Assembly (NCBI GenBank): GCA_012519655.1
Contig: JAAYPS010000065.1
Coordinates: 38,444-70,443, forward strand
Direction: 5' to 3'
Length of the DNA: 32,000 bases
Source: Clostridiaceae bacterium
GTDB taxonomy: Bacteria; Bacillota; Clostridia; DSM-8532
Made by a program: the position numbers and the translations under genes. Shown piece by piece: positions 1 to 7,983 of the stretch. Under the pieces are notes generated by a model that searched no databases, was not told the DNA's origin, and saw nothing but the letters and a program-made list of their open reading frames with translations. Position 1 is the first letter of the stretch, and each line of letters begins with the position of its first letter.

Positions 1-899
1 TAATTACTATGGTGGGATGTAAAGCCTTCTCCTAACACCTCTCGTACATCAGTTAGTAATACAAAGGCATTTGGGTCGATTTTTTTTACTTCATTTTTCA
101 CTTTATGGATCTCCTCTTTTTTAACCACACATAACAATATCATATATTGATTTTCTGTATACATTCCCTTCCCATATAAGCCAGTAACGCCTCTGTCAAT
201 ACTATCCATTAATGCTTGGGCAATTTTTTCCGACTCACGCGATATAATCATTAAAGATTTTGAAAAGTTTAACCCTTCAAGGAAAGTATCAAGTGTACGT
301 GCCGATACAAATAACGCAACCACAGCGTACAATCCCAGCCTGAAACTTTTGAAAACTATAGTTGCCAACACAACCACCAGTCCGTCAAGAAACATTAACA
401 ATTTCCCTACAGGTATCCAGGGAAACACTTTGTGAAGGAGTGCTGCAGCCATATCTGTACCACCTGTACTAGCTTCTTCTTTAAAAACGAAGCCAAGACC
501 AATACCGGATGTAAAACCACCCGCTAATGCAAATAATAAGAAGTCTGGAGAATCCTGTGATCCTGGCGTTGCCATATAATGAACAATGTTGTTCTGCAGC
601 CAAGGTCCTGTCAAGTCAACAATGACCGACAAAACCACAGTTCCTATTAATGACTTAATTATAAAATGTCTGCCTTTATACTTAAAACCAGTAATAAATA
701 GTGGAATATTCATTGCAAGCATTGCTATACCTACAGGAATTCTTTCTTTGGATACATGGAACACAACCGTAGCAAGTCCTGAAACACCGCCAGGTGCTAT
801 TTTAAACGGAATAAGAAATATATTCATGGATAGAGCAAGTATTAAGGCTCCTAAAAAAATCTGGAGTAGTGATGTAACTCTATTGAGTGAAAATTTCAC
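1..899 (-). CDS. YitT-family integral membrane protein (DUF2179-type C-terminal domain); 3' end cut by window edge
   Basis: Absent from the ORF track because no stop lies inside the window. My minus-strand translation from GTG at 899 reads VKFSLNRVTSLLQIFLGALILALSMNIFLIPFKIAPGGVSGLATVV...GGTDMAAALLHK...EEIHKVKNEVKKIDPNAFVLLTDVREVLGEGF. It stays open to position 1 (299 codons plus 2 nt). GAGGGTG lies a few nt upstream of the GTG. The + strand ORF 586..903 is its antisense shadow. Confidence 0.7.
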   Translation of the reverse strand, partial: MKFSLNRVTSLLQIFLGALILALSMNIFLIPFKIAPGGVSGLATVVFHVSKERIPVGIAMLAMNIPLFITGFKYKGRHFIIKSLIGTVVLSVIVDLTGPWLQNNIVHYMATPGSQDSPDFLLFALAGGFTSGIGLGFVFKEEASTGGTDMAAALLHKVFPWIPVGKLLMFLDGLVVVLATIVFKSFRLGLYAVVALFVSARTLDTFLEGLNFSKSLMIISRESEKIAQALMDSIDRGVTGLYGKGMYTENQYMILLCVVKKEEIHKVKNEVKKIDPNAFVLLTDVREVLGEGFTSHHSN

Positions 900-1043
900 A
901 TAATACACCCTCTTATAAGTATTCATTCATAGTTTGCGGCAATTCTTCTGCAATCATTCAAGATTTAGAATTGTAGCCTATAAATATTCTATAAGAACAT
1001 TACTTCTACTGAATAATTATAGCATACCACCCTTCAAAAAGGG

Positions 1044-1070
1044 TAAAAGAAAAACCGGGCTTCACCCGGT
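1044..1070 (-). terminator. Rho-independent terminator downstream of rpmE
   Basis: Minus strand reads ACCGGG-tgaag-CCCGGT followed by TTTTTCTTTT. Stem arms at 1054-1059 and 1065-1070. Confidence 0.6.
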
Positions 1071-1173
1071 CCTGTTCATTTAAGTAATAAATCCTGGATA
1101 AACCAGGTAATTATAATAGAGAATCAGAATATAACTATCCTAACTCTACATTTTATACACTAAGGTAAATCAA

Positions 1174-1374
1174 TTATTCCAATCCATATTTCTTCTTAAA
1201 TCTGTCTACGCGTCCACCTGTATCAACCAATTTCTGTTTGCCTGTGAAAAACGGATGACATTGAGAACAAATTTCAACACGAAGCTCCTTCTTTGTTGAG
1301 CCTGTTTCAAATTCAAAACCGCATGCACATTTAACAACTGATTTTTCGTAATTTGGATGTATACCTTGTTTCAA
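1174..1374 (-). CDS. rpmE: 50S ribosomal protein L31 (zinc-binding C+ form)
   Basis: MKQGIHPNY..., CACG and [10 protein letters not shown] motifs. I prefer TTG at 1374 (66 aa) over the track GTG at 1383, because that GTG sits inside the AAGAGGTGA SD. Confidence 0.9.
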   Translation of the reverse strand: MKQGIHPNYEKSVVKCACGFEFETGSTKKELRVEICSQCHPFFTGKQKLVDTGGRVDRFKKKYGLE

Positions 1375-1450
1375 GTTTATCACCTCTTTATTGGCTAATT
1401 ATCTATTCTACATGCCTCTAACATGCTTGTTCTAAAAAGTGCCGAATGTC

Positions 1451-1479
1451 ATTATAGCATAACGTTTCTGGCATATCAA
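1451..1479 (-). promoter_or_regulatory. Sigma-A type promoter for rpmE
   Basis: Minus strand TTGATA-N17-TATAAT with a TGc extended -10. Located between the galE stop and the rpmE start. Confidence 0.5.
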
Positions 1480-1487
1480 GTAGAAAT

Positions 1488-2474
1488 TTATTTTTTATAT
1501 CCGTCCGGGTGAGTGGAATGCCATTTCCATGCCGACTCAATAATTGTTTCAATACTATTATACTTTGGATACCAGTTCAATTCTTTCTGGATTTTGTCTG
1601 AAGATGCAACAAGCACTGCAGGATCCCCAGGGCGTCTATCGGATATTATCTCTTTTATAGGTTTTCCAGTAACGTATCTTGCAGTTTCAATCACTTCTTT
1701 TACTGAAAATCCCATTCCATTCCCTAGGTTATATATGCTGCTGTCGCCACCTTCTCTTAGGCGCTTTAATGCAAGGATGTGTGCATCAGCCAAATCAGTT
1801 ACATGAATATAGTCCCTTATACATGTTCCATCTGGGGTATCGTAATCATTACCAAAGACATATATTGCCTCTCTCTTGCCCAAGGCTGTCTGTAGTATTA
1901 TCGGGATTAGATGGCTTTCAGGTGTATGATCCTCACCAATTTTTCCGCTTTCATGTGCCCCTGCTGCATTGAAATATCTAAGGCATGTGTATTTAATGCC
2001 ATAGGCTTCATCGCACCATTTTAGCATTTTTTCAACAGCAAGTTTTGTTTCACCATAAGGGTTTGTAGGCTGAGTTCTATCTGTTTCAACAATTGGAATA
2101 TTTTCAGGCTCACCATATGTTGCAGCAGTCGATGAAAAAACAATGTAATTAACACCATGTTCTTTCATTTTCCCCAGCAATACCATTGTAGCAGCTACAT
2201 TATTATTGTAATATTCTAAAGGCTCGTATATACTTTCTCCGACAAGTGAAAACGCTGCAAAATCTATAACTGCATCAATTTTGTTTTCGGAGAACACCTT
2301 TTCTAAAAATATAGCATCTCTTAGGTCTCCTTGATAGAATTTGCCCCCCATAAGTGATTCCTTGTGACCTTTTACCAAGCTATCAACCACCACAACTTCT
2401 TCCCCTACTTCGAGAAGCTCCGCAACAGTATGACTTCCTATATAACCCGCCCCACCAGGTACTAATATAGCCAT
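1488..2474 (-). CDS. galE: UDP-glucose 4-epimerase
   Basis: N-terminal GGAGYIGSH Rossmann motif, YGETK catalytic YxxxK, 328 aa. GAGGGGGG SD upstream. Confidence 0.9.
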   Translation of the reverse strand: MAILVPGGAGYIGSHTVAELLEVGEEVVVVDSLVKGHKESLMGGKFYQGDLRDAIFLEKVFSENKIDAVIDFAAFSLVGESIYEPLEYYNNNVAATMVLLGKMKEHGVNYIVFSSTAATYGEPENIPIVETDRTQPTNPYGETKLAVEKMLKWCDEAYGIKYTCLRYFNAAGAHESGKIGEDHTPESHLIPIILQTALGKREAIYVFGNDYDTPDGTCIRDYIHVTDLADAHILALKRLREGGDSSIYNLGNGMGFSVKEVIETARYVTGKPIKEIISDRRPGDPAVLVASSDKIQKELNWYPKYNSIETIIESAWKWHSTHPDGYKK

Positions 2475-2523
2475 CTTATGACCCCCCTCATCCCCTTTTA
2501 AATAGGGTAATTCTGATTAATGT

Positions 2524-3717
2524 CTAAACTAAATCAATTTCTTGACCGCCATCTCCAATTTCTGATATATAAAAGCTTGCGCTATAGCCTATCTTTCTTT
2601 CGTATTCTTGGCCAACCTGACTGATAAATTCATCAATGCTGTCATCACGAACCAGACTTACGGTACAACCACCGAATCCAGCTCCCGTCATTCTTGAGCC
2701 TAAAACGCCATTTATTTTTCTTGCTTCTTCAACTAATGTATCCAACTCATCGCCTGTAACCTCATATAAATCTCTTAGTGAGTTATGCGACTCATTCATT
2801 AGTTTTCCAAACTGGATTAAATCATTGTTCTTAAGTGCCTTTACCGATTCTAATACTCTTTCGTTTTCATATACTACATGCTCCACACGTTTTCTTATTA
2901 CTTCATCTGTTATCAGTTCTTTATGTGTCAAAAAGTCCTGTACTGATACTTCCCTTAAAAATTTAATATCGGGTAATGCCTTTTGAAGGATGCTAAGACC
3001 TTGCTCACATTCATTTCTTCTTTCATTATATTTTCCAGCGCCAAGGCTTCTTTTCTTATTTGTATTTGAGATAACTATTTTGTGGCTTCCCAATTTTAAA
3101 GGCACTAATTCATAGTCTAAATCTCTACAATCTAAGAATATTGCCATATCCTTTTTCCCCATTGCAGATGCAAACTGATCCATAATGCCGCATTTTACGC
3201 CAACATAATTATGTTCTGCTATTTGTGATATTTTTGCCAGCTCTACCATATCAATATCACGTTTAATACCTTTAGCAGCATCTCCCATACTTACCAAAGC
3301 CAATGCGGTAGCTATTTCAATTGCAGCAGATGATGACAAGCCACTTCCTAACGGAACTTTATCTTCATATAATAAATCGCAACCACAAAGCGAATACCCT
3401 GCCTTCTGTAGTTCATCGGCAACACCGAGCTGATAATTTCCCCATTTCAAATCCTTATATTGTTCTAAATGATCTAAATCGGCATTTACCATTTGTTTCA
3501 AGTCGGTTGCAATAAGGTTTATCTGTCTGTCACTTCTTGGCCTTGCCAAGACTGTTGTACTCATGGTTAAAGCAGCTGGGAAAACAAAACCACCGTTATA
3601 GTCGGTATGCTCCCCTATGAGATTAACCCTGCCAGGAGCTCTAAATGCTCTAATTCCCTTTTTTGTTCCACCAAAATAACTAATAAAACTATCAATTAAT
3701 AAATCAGACATCTTCAA
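2524..3717 (-). CDS. galK: Galactokinase
   Basis: GRVNLIGEHTDYNGG galactokinase signature and PLGSGLSSSAA GHMP kinase motif. AGGAGG SD upstream. Confidence 0.9.
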   Translation of the reverse strand: MKMSDLLIDSFISYFGGTKKGIRAFRAPGRVNLIGEHTDYNGGFVFPAALTMSTTVLARPRSDRQINLIATDLKQMVNADLDHLEQYKDLKWGNYQLGVADELQKAGYSLCGCDLLYEDKVPLGSGLSSSAAIEIATALALVSMGDAAKGIKRDIDMVELAKISQIAEHNYVGVKCGIMDQFASAMGKKDMAIFLDCRDLDYELVPLKLGSHKIVISNTNKKRSLGAGKYNERRNECEQGLSILQKALPDIKFLREVSVQDFLTHKELITDEVIRKRVEHVVYENERVLESVKALKNNDLIQFGKLMNESHNSLRDLYEVTGDELDTLVEEARKINGVLGSRMTGAGFGGCTVSLVRDDSIDEFISQVGQEYERKIGYSASFYISEIGDGGQEIDLV

Positions 3718-3732
3718 CCTCCTAAAAAATAA

Positions 3733-4704
3733 TCATCCCTGCTTTGCAATAAACTTCTGGTGCGCTATTTTAAGCTCCTTTGCTTTTTCTTCTGGTGCTG
3801 TGGTATTACAATGAGCCCATACTCCAGTTTCGCTGGATGCATTGAATTTCTGTTTTTCTTTTGATCTCATAGGTGGGAAAAATTCAATATGAAAATGATA
3901 GTATTCCTCAGTATTTTCAACGTTCACAGGGTTTTGATGCATGCACATCATATATGGAAATGTTGTATCAAAAAGTGAATCCAACATTCCTGCAGTTTCA
4001 CGGACGGCTTTAGCAAGATTTCTTTTTTCTTGCTCAGTCATCTGGGAAAGATTCTGTCTATGTCTTTTAGAAATTATATATACGCCATAAGGATATTCAA
4101 CGAAAAAGGGCAATACCACCGAGAAATCTTGGTTTTCGAAGATGATCCTTTGTTCAAACGCCTGCTCCTCACTTAAAAAACGGCACATAAGGCATTCATT
4201 ATGGTTATCAAAATGCTCTTTTGAAGCTTCCAATTCAAGCTCTATTTTTTTTGGTATAAAAGGATAACCATATATTTGACCATGTGGATGTGGCATGGTT
4301 ACCCCAACCACTTCACCACGATTTTCAAAAATAAATACATATTTAATCTTTTCATCCTTTGAAAGCTCCACAAAACGCTCGGTCCAGAGATTTACCAGCT
4401 TTTCAACATGTTCTTCAGATAATTCCGGTAATGTAACAGTATGTTCTGGAGAATATAAAATAACTTCGCATTTGCCATAGGCTTCTTCTGCTTTAAAAAA
4501 ATGATTTGCTACAGGATCAGGCTCTGGTGGGTTTTGCGACAGTGCCGGAAAATCATTATCATACTTTAGCACATCATAATCAGGCACATTACCTGAACTT
4601 GGACAAAAAGGACACCAATCCTTTGGCATCTGAGGCCTGTTCTGCCTGTGAGATGCAATCATAACCCAATCTTTAATAAATGGATTCCAACGTATTTCAG
4701 CCAT
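3733..4704 (-). CDS. galT: Galactose-1-phosphate uridylyltransferase
   Basis: HPHGQIY His-Pro-His active-site motif and CPFCP zinc motif. Start moved to the ATG at 4704 (MAEIRWNPF...), which has an AAAGGGGA SD. The track extension to 4821 contains the predicted promoter. Confidence 0.85.
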   Translation of the reverse strand: MAEIRWNPFIKDWVMIASHRQNRPQMPKDWCPFCPSSGNVPDYDVLKYDNDFPALSQNPPEPDPVANHFFKAEEAYGKCEVILYSPEHTVTLPELSEEHVEKLVNLWTERFVELSKDEKIKYVFIFENRGEVVGVTMPHPHGQIYGYPFIPKKIELELEASKEHFDNHNECLMCRFLSEEQAFEQRIIFENQDFSVVLPFFVEYPYGVYIISKRHRQNLSQMTEQEKRNLAKAVRETAGMLDSLFDTTFPYMMCMHQNPVNVENTEEYYHFHIEFFPPMRSKEKQKFNASSETGVWAHCNTTAPEEKAKELKIAHQKFIAKQG

Positions 4705-4765
4705 AATTTTCCCCTTTCTTTTGTAGCATACTTCCAATAAGCGTTTACACCTATTGTCTGTCTTC

Positions 4766-4803
4766 ATTGTATTATTGTAACAACCAATTGTAAATGGTAC
4801 AAT
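4766..4803. promoter_or_regulatory. Overlapping divergent promoters (gal operon on minus, AraC gene on plus)
   Basis: Minus strand: TTTACA (4794-4789)-N17-TACAAT (4771-4766). Plus strand: TTGTAA (4775-4780)-N17-TACAAT (4798-4803). The region also contains the palindrome ATTGTA-N5-TACAAT. Confidence 0.4.
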
Positions 4804-4839
4804 GTTTTTATAGTATGTCATAATGTTGTATGAGGGGTT

Positions 4840-5670
4840 ATGTTAGAGAAGTATTATTTCGATCAATCGGATCAAACTGATCTGAATGTATACCGATGTG
4901 GAATAGAGAAATGCAAGCCCGGATATTCATGGGGTCCAGGGCTCAGAGATCACTTCATTGTTCACTATATTTTAAATGGTGAAGGAACTTTTTATGATGG
5001 CAAAACTACAAAGAATTTGCATCAGGGTGATGGGTTTGTGATATTTCCTAATAGGTTGGTTACATATACTGCCAATTCAAATGTTCCATGGACATATTCT
5101 TGGGTAGGATTTCAAGGACTAAAAGCCGAATCCTTTCTAAATAAAGCAGGAATAGACATTGAGCTGCCATTTTTCACATATAAAAAAGATGACAAGTTAA
5201 AAGATTGTCTTAGTACTATGATATCAGTTGCACGATTAAATACTTCATCCGAGCTTATGCTTCTTGGGCATTTATATATATTTTTGTCCCTGTTGATACA
5301 AAACAACCATGAAACATCTCAACATTTATCCAAATCCTTTGAACAGGAAAAGTATGTAAGGAAGGTTATTGAATTTATTTCAAAAAACTATTCCGGAAAA
5401 ATATCAATTTCTGATATAGCCTCATATATTGGGCTGGACAGAAGCTACTTATATGTAATATTTAATAGGTTCATGAACATATCACCTCAAAATTTCCTCA
5501 TAAACTACAGAGTGGAGCGGGCTGTGGATTTAATGCAAAACCCAGAACTTACTATAGGAGATATCTCACGCTCTGTAGGTTATGAAGACCCATTTCAATT
5601 CTCGAAAATATTTAAGAAGATTAAGGGAGTCTCACCAAGTGAATTCAGAAACAATTTGAGTGAACATTAA
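4840..5670 (+). CDS. AraC/XylS-family transcriptional regulator (cupin-type sensor plus C-terminal HTH)
   Basis: The C-terminal 100 aa match the AraC HTH pattern (ISDIASYIGLDRSYLYVIFNRF...GDISRSVGYEDPFQFSKIFKKIKGVSPSEFR). The N-terminus resembles an AraC-binding cupin fold. GAGGGG lies upstream, but with short spacing. Confidence 0.85.
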   Translation: MLEKYYFDQSDQTDLNVYRCGIEKCKPGYSWGPGLRDHFIVHYILNGEGTFYDGKTTKNLHQGDGFVIFPNRLVTYTANSNVPWTYSWVGFQGLKAESFLNKAGIDIELPFFTYKKDDKLKDCLSTMISVARLNTSSELMLLGHLYIFLSLLIQNNHETSQHLSKSFEQEKYVRKVIEFISKNYSGKISISDIASYIGLDRSYLYVIFNRFMNISPQNFLINYRVERAVDLMQNPELTIGDISRSVGYEDPFQFSKIFKKIKGVSPSEFRNNLSEH

Positions 5671-5729
5671 AAAATTGTTCTGCTTTTTCCACTCTTGGGT
5701 TATCTGCTCTAATTCCAACATTTATGACA

Positions 5730-5745
5730 TTGCAAACAGTTGCAT
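5730..5745. promoter_or_regulatory. cre-like / LacI-family-type palindromic operator candidate
   Basis: TTGCAAACAGTTGCAT contains the perfect inverted repeat TGCAA-N4-TTGCA. It has one mismatch (the central CG) to the loose cre consensus WTGNAANCGNWNNCW. Located about 75 nt upstream of the 5820 start. Confidence 0.3.
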
Positions 5746-5819
5746 AAATAAGCCATATGAAAGATAATTGTATATAACACAACCATTTAGCACATTCAAA
5801 TATGAGAGGTGAAGTTATA

Positions 5820-6731
5820 ATGAATGAATCAATGTATAAGTATATGAAGGTTGGAACAATTCACTTTATGTCCTATCCAGAAACTATGAAAGGTGACGGT
5901 CCAATACTTGAAACACTTGAAAAAATTGCAAAAGATCCATATTTTAATGCAATTGAAGTAACTTGGATAAAAGACGCCCAAACAAGAAAAGCTGCGAAAA
6001 AGCTATTCGAAACAAGTCATTTAACTGTTGCATATGGCTCACAACCCAGACTTTTAACCACAGGACTGAATATCAACAGTCTTGATGAGAATGAAAGACA
6101 AAAAGCTTTAGCAACATTGAAAGAAGGTATTGATGAAGCTTATGAAATAGGCGCAACAGGATTTGCTTTCCTTAGCGGAAAATACGAAGAAGCTACAAAG
6201 GAAGATTCCTTTAATGCTTTGGTAAAGTCCACTAAAGAGATGTGTAAGTATGCAAAACAAAAAGGTAATATGCCTATTGTTCTTGAAATTTTTGATTATG
6301 ATGTGGATAAAAAATCAATAATTGGCCCTGTTTCTTTGGCTAAACGTTTTGCAGAATCAATTAGAGAAGAATATGACAACTTTGGTTTACTGGTAGATTT
6401 AAGTCATCTCCCACTATTAAGAGAAACTGCTGAAGAATCCATTTTGCCGATAAAAGATTACATCGTGCATGCTCATATAGGAAATGCAGTGTCTAAAGAC
6501 CCTTCATTCGAGGCCTATGGTGATGCACACCCGAGATTTGGATTTCCTAACAGCGACAATGATGTCCCACAGCTCGTTGAGTTTTTAAGGGTGCTTTTAG
6601 ATATTGGCTTTTTGAATACAGAAAATCCACCTATAGTTAGCTTTGAAGTAAAACCTTGGGGCGATGAGGATCCTGATGTTATTATTGCAAACTCCAAAAG
6701 AGTTCTAAATGAAGCATGGGCTAAACTTTAA
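5820..6731 (+). CDS. Sugar phosphate isomerase/epimerase (xylose isomerase-like TIM barrel)
   Basis: Overall pattern of the AP-endonuclease-2/xylose-isomerase-like TIM barrel family, with conserved E/D/H metal-ligand spacing (VLEIFD..., DLSHL..., HAHIGN). Start moved to the ATG at 5820, behind the GAGAGGTGAAG SD. Confidence 0.7.
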   Translation: MNESMYKYMKVGTIHFMSYPETMKGDGPILETLEKIAKDPYFNAIEVTWIKDAQTRKAAKKLFETSHLTVAYGSQPRLLTTGLNINSLDENERQKALATLKEGIDEAYEIGATGFAFLSGKYEEATKEDSFNALVKSTKEMCKYAKQKGNMPIVLEIFDYDVDKKSIIGPVSLAKRFAESIREEYDNFGLLVDLSHLPLLRETAEESILPIKDYIVHAHIGNAVSKDPSFEAYGDAHPRFGFPNSDNDVPQLVEFLRVLLDIGFLNTENPPIVSFEVKPWGDEDPDVIIANSKRVLNEAWAKL

Positions 6732-6820
6732 ATTTGACTTCACCCTGTCTACAGCAGTCGTAGATAGTGAGTAAGGAGCAAGTTATAAACATCCTGTATG
6801 ATATGAAAGAGGTGGAAATC

Positions 6821-7780
6821 TTGAAAATAGTTGTTTTGGACGGCTATACACTAAACCCTGGTGATCTTAGCTGGAACGGTCTTAAAGAACTGGGTAAAGT
6901 AACTGTATATGACAGGACACCAACTGATAAGATTGCCGAGAGGATTGGTGATGCTGAAATTATTTTTACTAATAAAACACCACTTAATAGAGAAACATTC
7001 AAAAGCTTTCCAAATATTAAGTATGTAGGAGTTTTAGCTACGGGTTATAATGTTGTGGATGTAGAGGCAGCTAAAGAATTTGGTGTGGTGGTAACAAACA
7101 TCCCCACGTATGGAACTATGGCGGTTGCACAGTATACTTTTGCACTATTGCTTGAAATGTGCCACCATGTATGGGAGCATAATCTGGCAGTTAAAAACGG
7201 CGAATGGACAAAAAGCCCCGATTTTTGTTTCTGGAAATATCCCCTCGTTGAACTTGCTGGTAAAACTATGGGAATCATTGGACTTGGACGGATCGGAAAA
7301 GCAGTATCGGTTATTGCACAAGCCATGGGTATGAAAGTTCTTGTGTTTGATACCTATCAGGATAAAAAACTTGAAAATGAAAACCTCAGATATACTGACT
7401 TAGACAAGTTACTGGAAGAGTCCGATGTAATCAGTCTTCATTGTCCTCTCTTCGAAAGCACAATGGGATTGATAAATAAAGATGCAATCAACAAAATGAA
7501 GGATGGCGTGATGATTATTAATACCTCCAGGGGTCCATTGATAGTTGAAGAAGATCTCGCCCAAGCTTTGAACTCTGGTAAGGTTGCATATGCTGCATTG
7601 GATGTTGTATCTGTTGAGCCGATAAAAGAAAACAACCCTCTGCTAAATGCGAAAAATTGTATAATTACGCCGCATATTGCATGGGCGCCTAAAGAGTCCA
7701 GAGAAAGACTAATGAATATTGCTGTTGATAACCTCAAAGCATTTATAGCAGGTAATGCCGTAAATGTAGTTAATCCATAA
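6821..7780 (+). CDS. D-isomer-specific 2-hydroxyacid dehydrogenase (glycerate dehydrogenase/hydroxypyruvate reductase-like)
   Basis: GIIGLGRIGKAV NAD-binding motif. Family-typical N-terminus MKIVVLDGYTLNPGDLSW when started at TTG 6821, behind the AGAGGTGGA SD. HIAW catalytic His region present. Confidence 0.8.
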   Translation: MKIVVLDGYTLNPGDLSWNGLKELGKVTVYDRTPTDKIAERIGDAEIIFTNKTPLNRETFKSFPNIKYVGVLATGYNVVDVEAAKEFGVVVTNIPTYGTMAVAQYTFALLLEMCHHVWEHNLAVKNGEWTKSPDFCFWKYPLVELAGKTMGIIGLGRIGKAVSVIAQAMGMKVLVFDTYQDKKLENENLRYTDLDKLLEESDVISLHCPLFESTMGLINKDAINKMKDGVMIINTSRGPLIVEEDLAQALNSGKVAYAALDVVSVEPIKENNPLLNAKNCIITPHIAWAPKESRERLMNIAVDNLKAFIAGNAVNVVNP

Positions 7781-7810
7781 TTGACACTGATATTGTCCGT
7801 AATATTCTTT

Positions 7811-7865
7811 GGGATGAATTACCTTATAAAACATGCTTTTGAAGGTATTCATCCCATCCTTTTTC
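7811..7865 (+). terminator. Rho-independent terminator of the + strand dehydrogenase gene
   Basis: GGGATGAATtACCTT ... AAGGTATTCATCCC forms a 14-bp stem with one bulge, followed by ATCCTTTTT. Confidence 0.55.
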
Positions 7866-7920
7866 ACAAAAATATCATCTGGTTTATATTAAGATTCCAA
7901 AATGGTTAACCACTTCTATA

Positions 7921-7952
7921 TAAAAGGCACAAATGAATATACATCTGTGCCC
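7921..7952 (-). terminator. Putative terminator of glnN
   Basis: Minus strand GGCACA-N14-TGTGCC followed by TTTTAT. Confidence 0.4.
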
Positions 7953-7983
7953 CTAGTTACTGTATTTCTTTTTAGAATTTATC

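Noticed and set aside
3733-4821. ORF-track N-terminal extension of galT (39 extra codons, MTYYKNIVPF...).
   Set aside because: - The extension has no SD.
- It contains the predicted gal promoter.
- The conserved GalT N-terminus MAEIRWNP starts at 4704 with a good SD.
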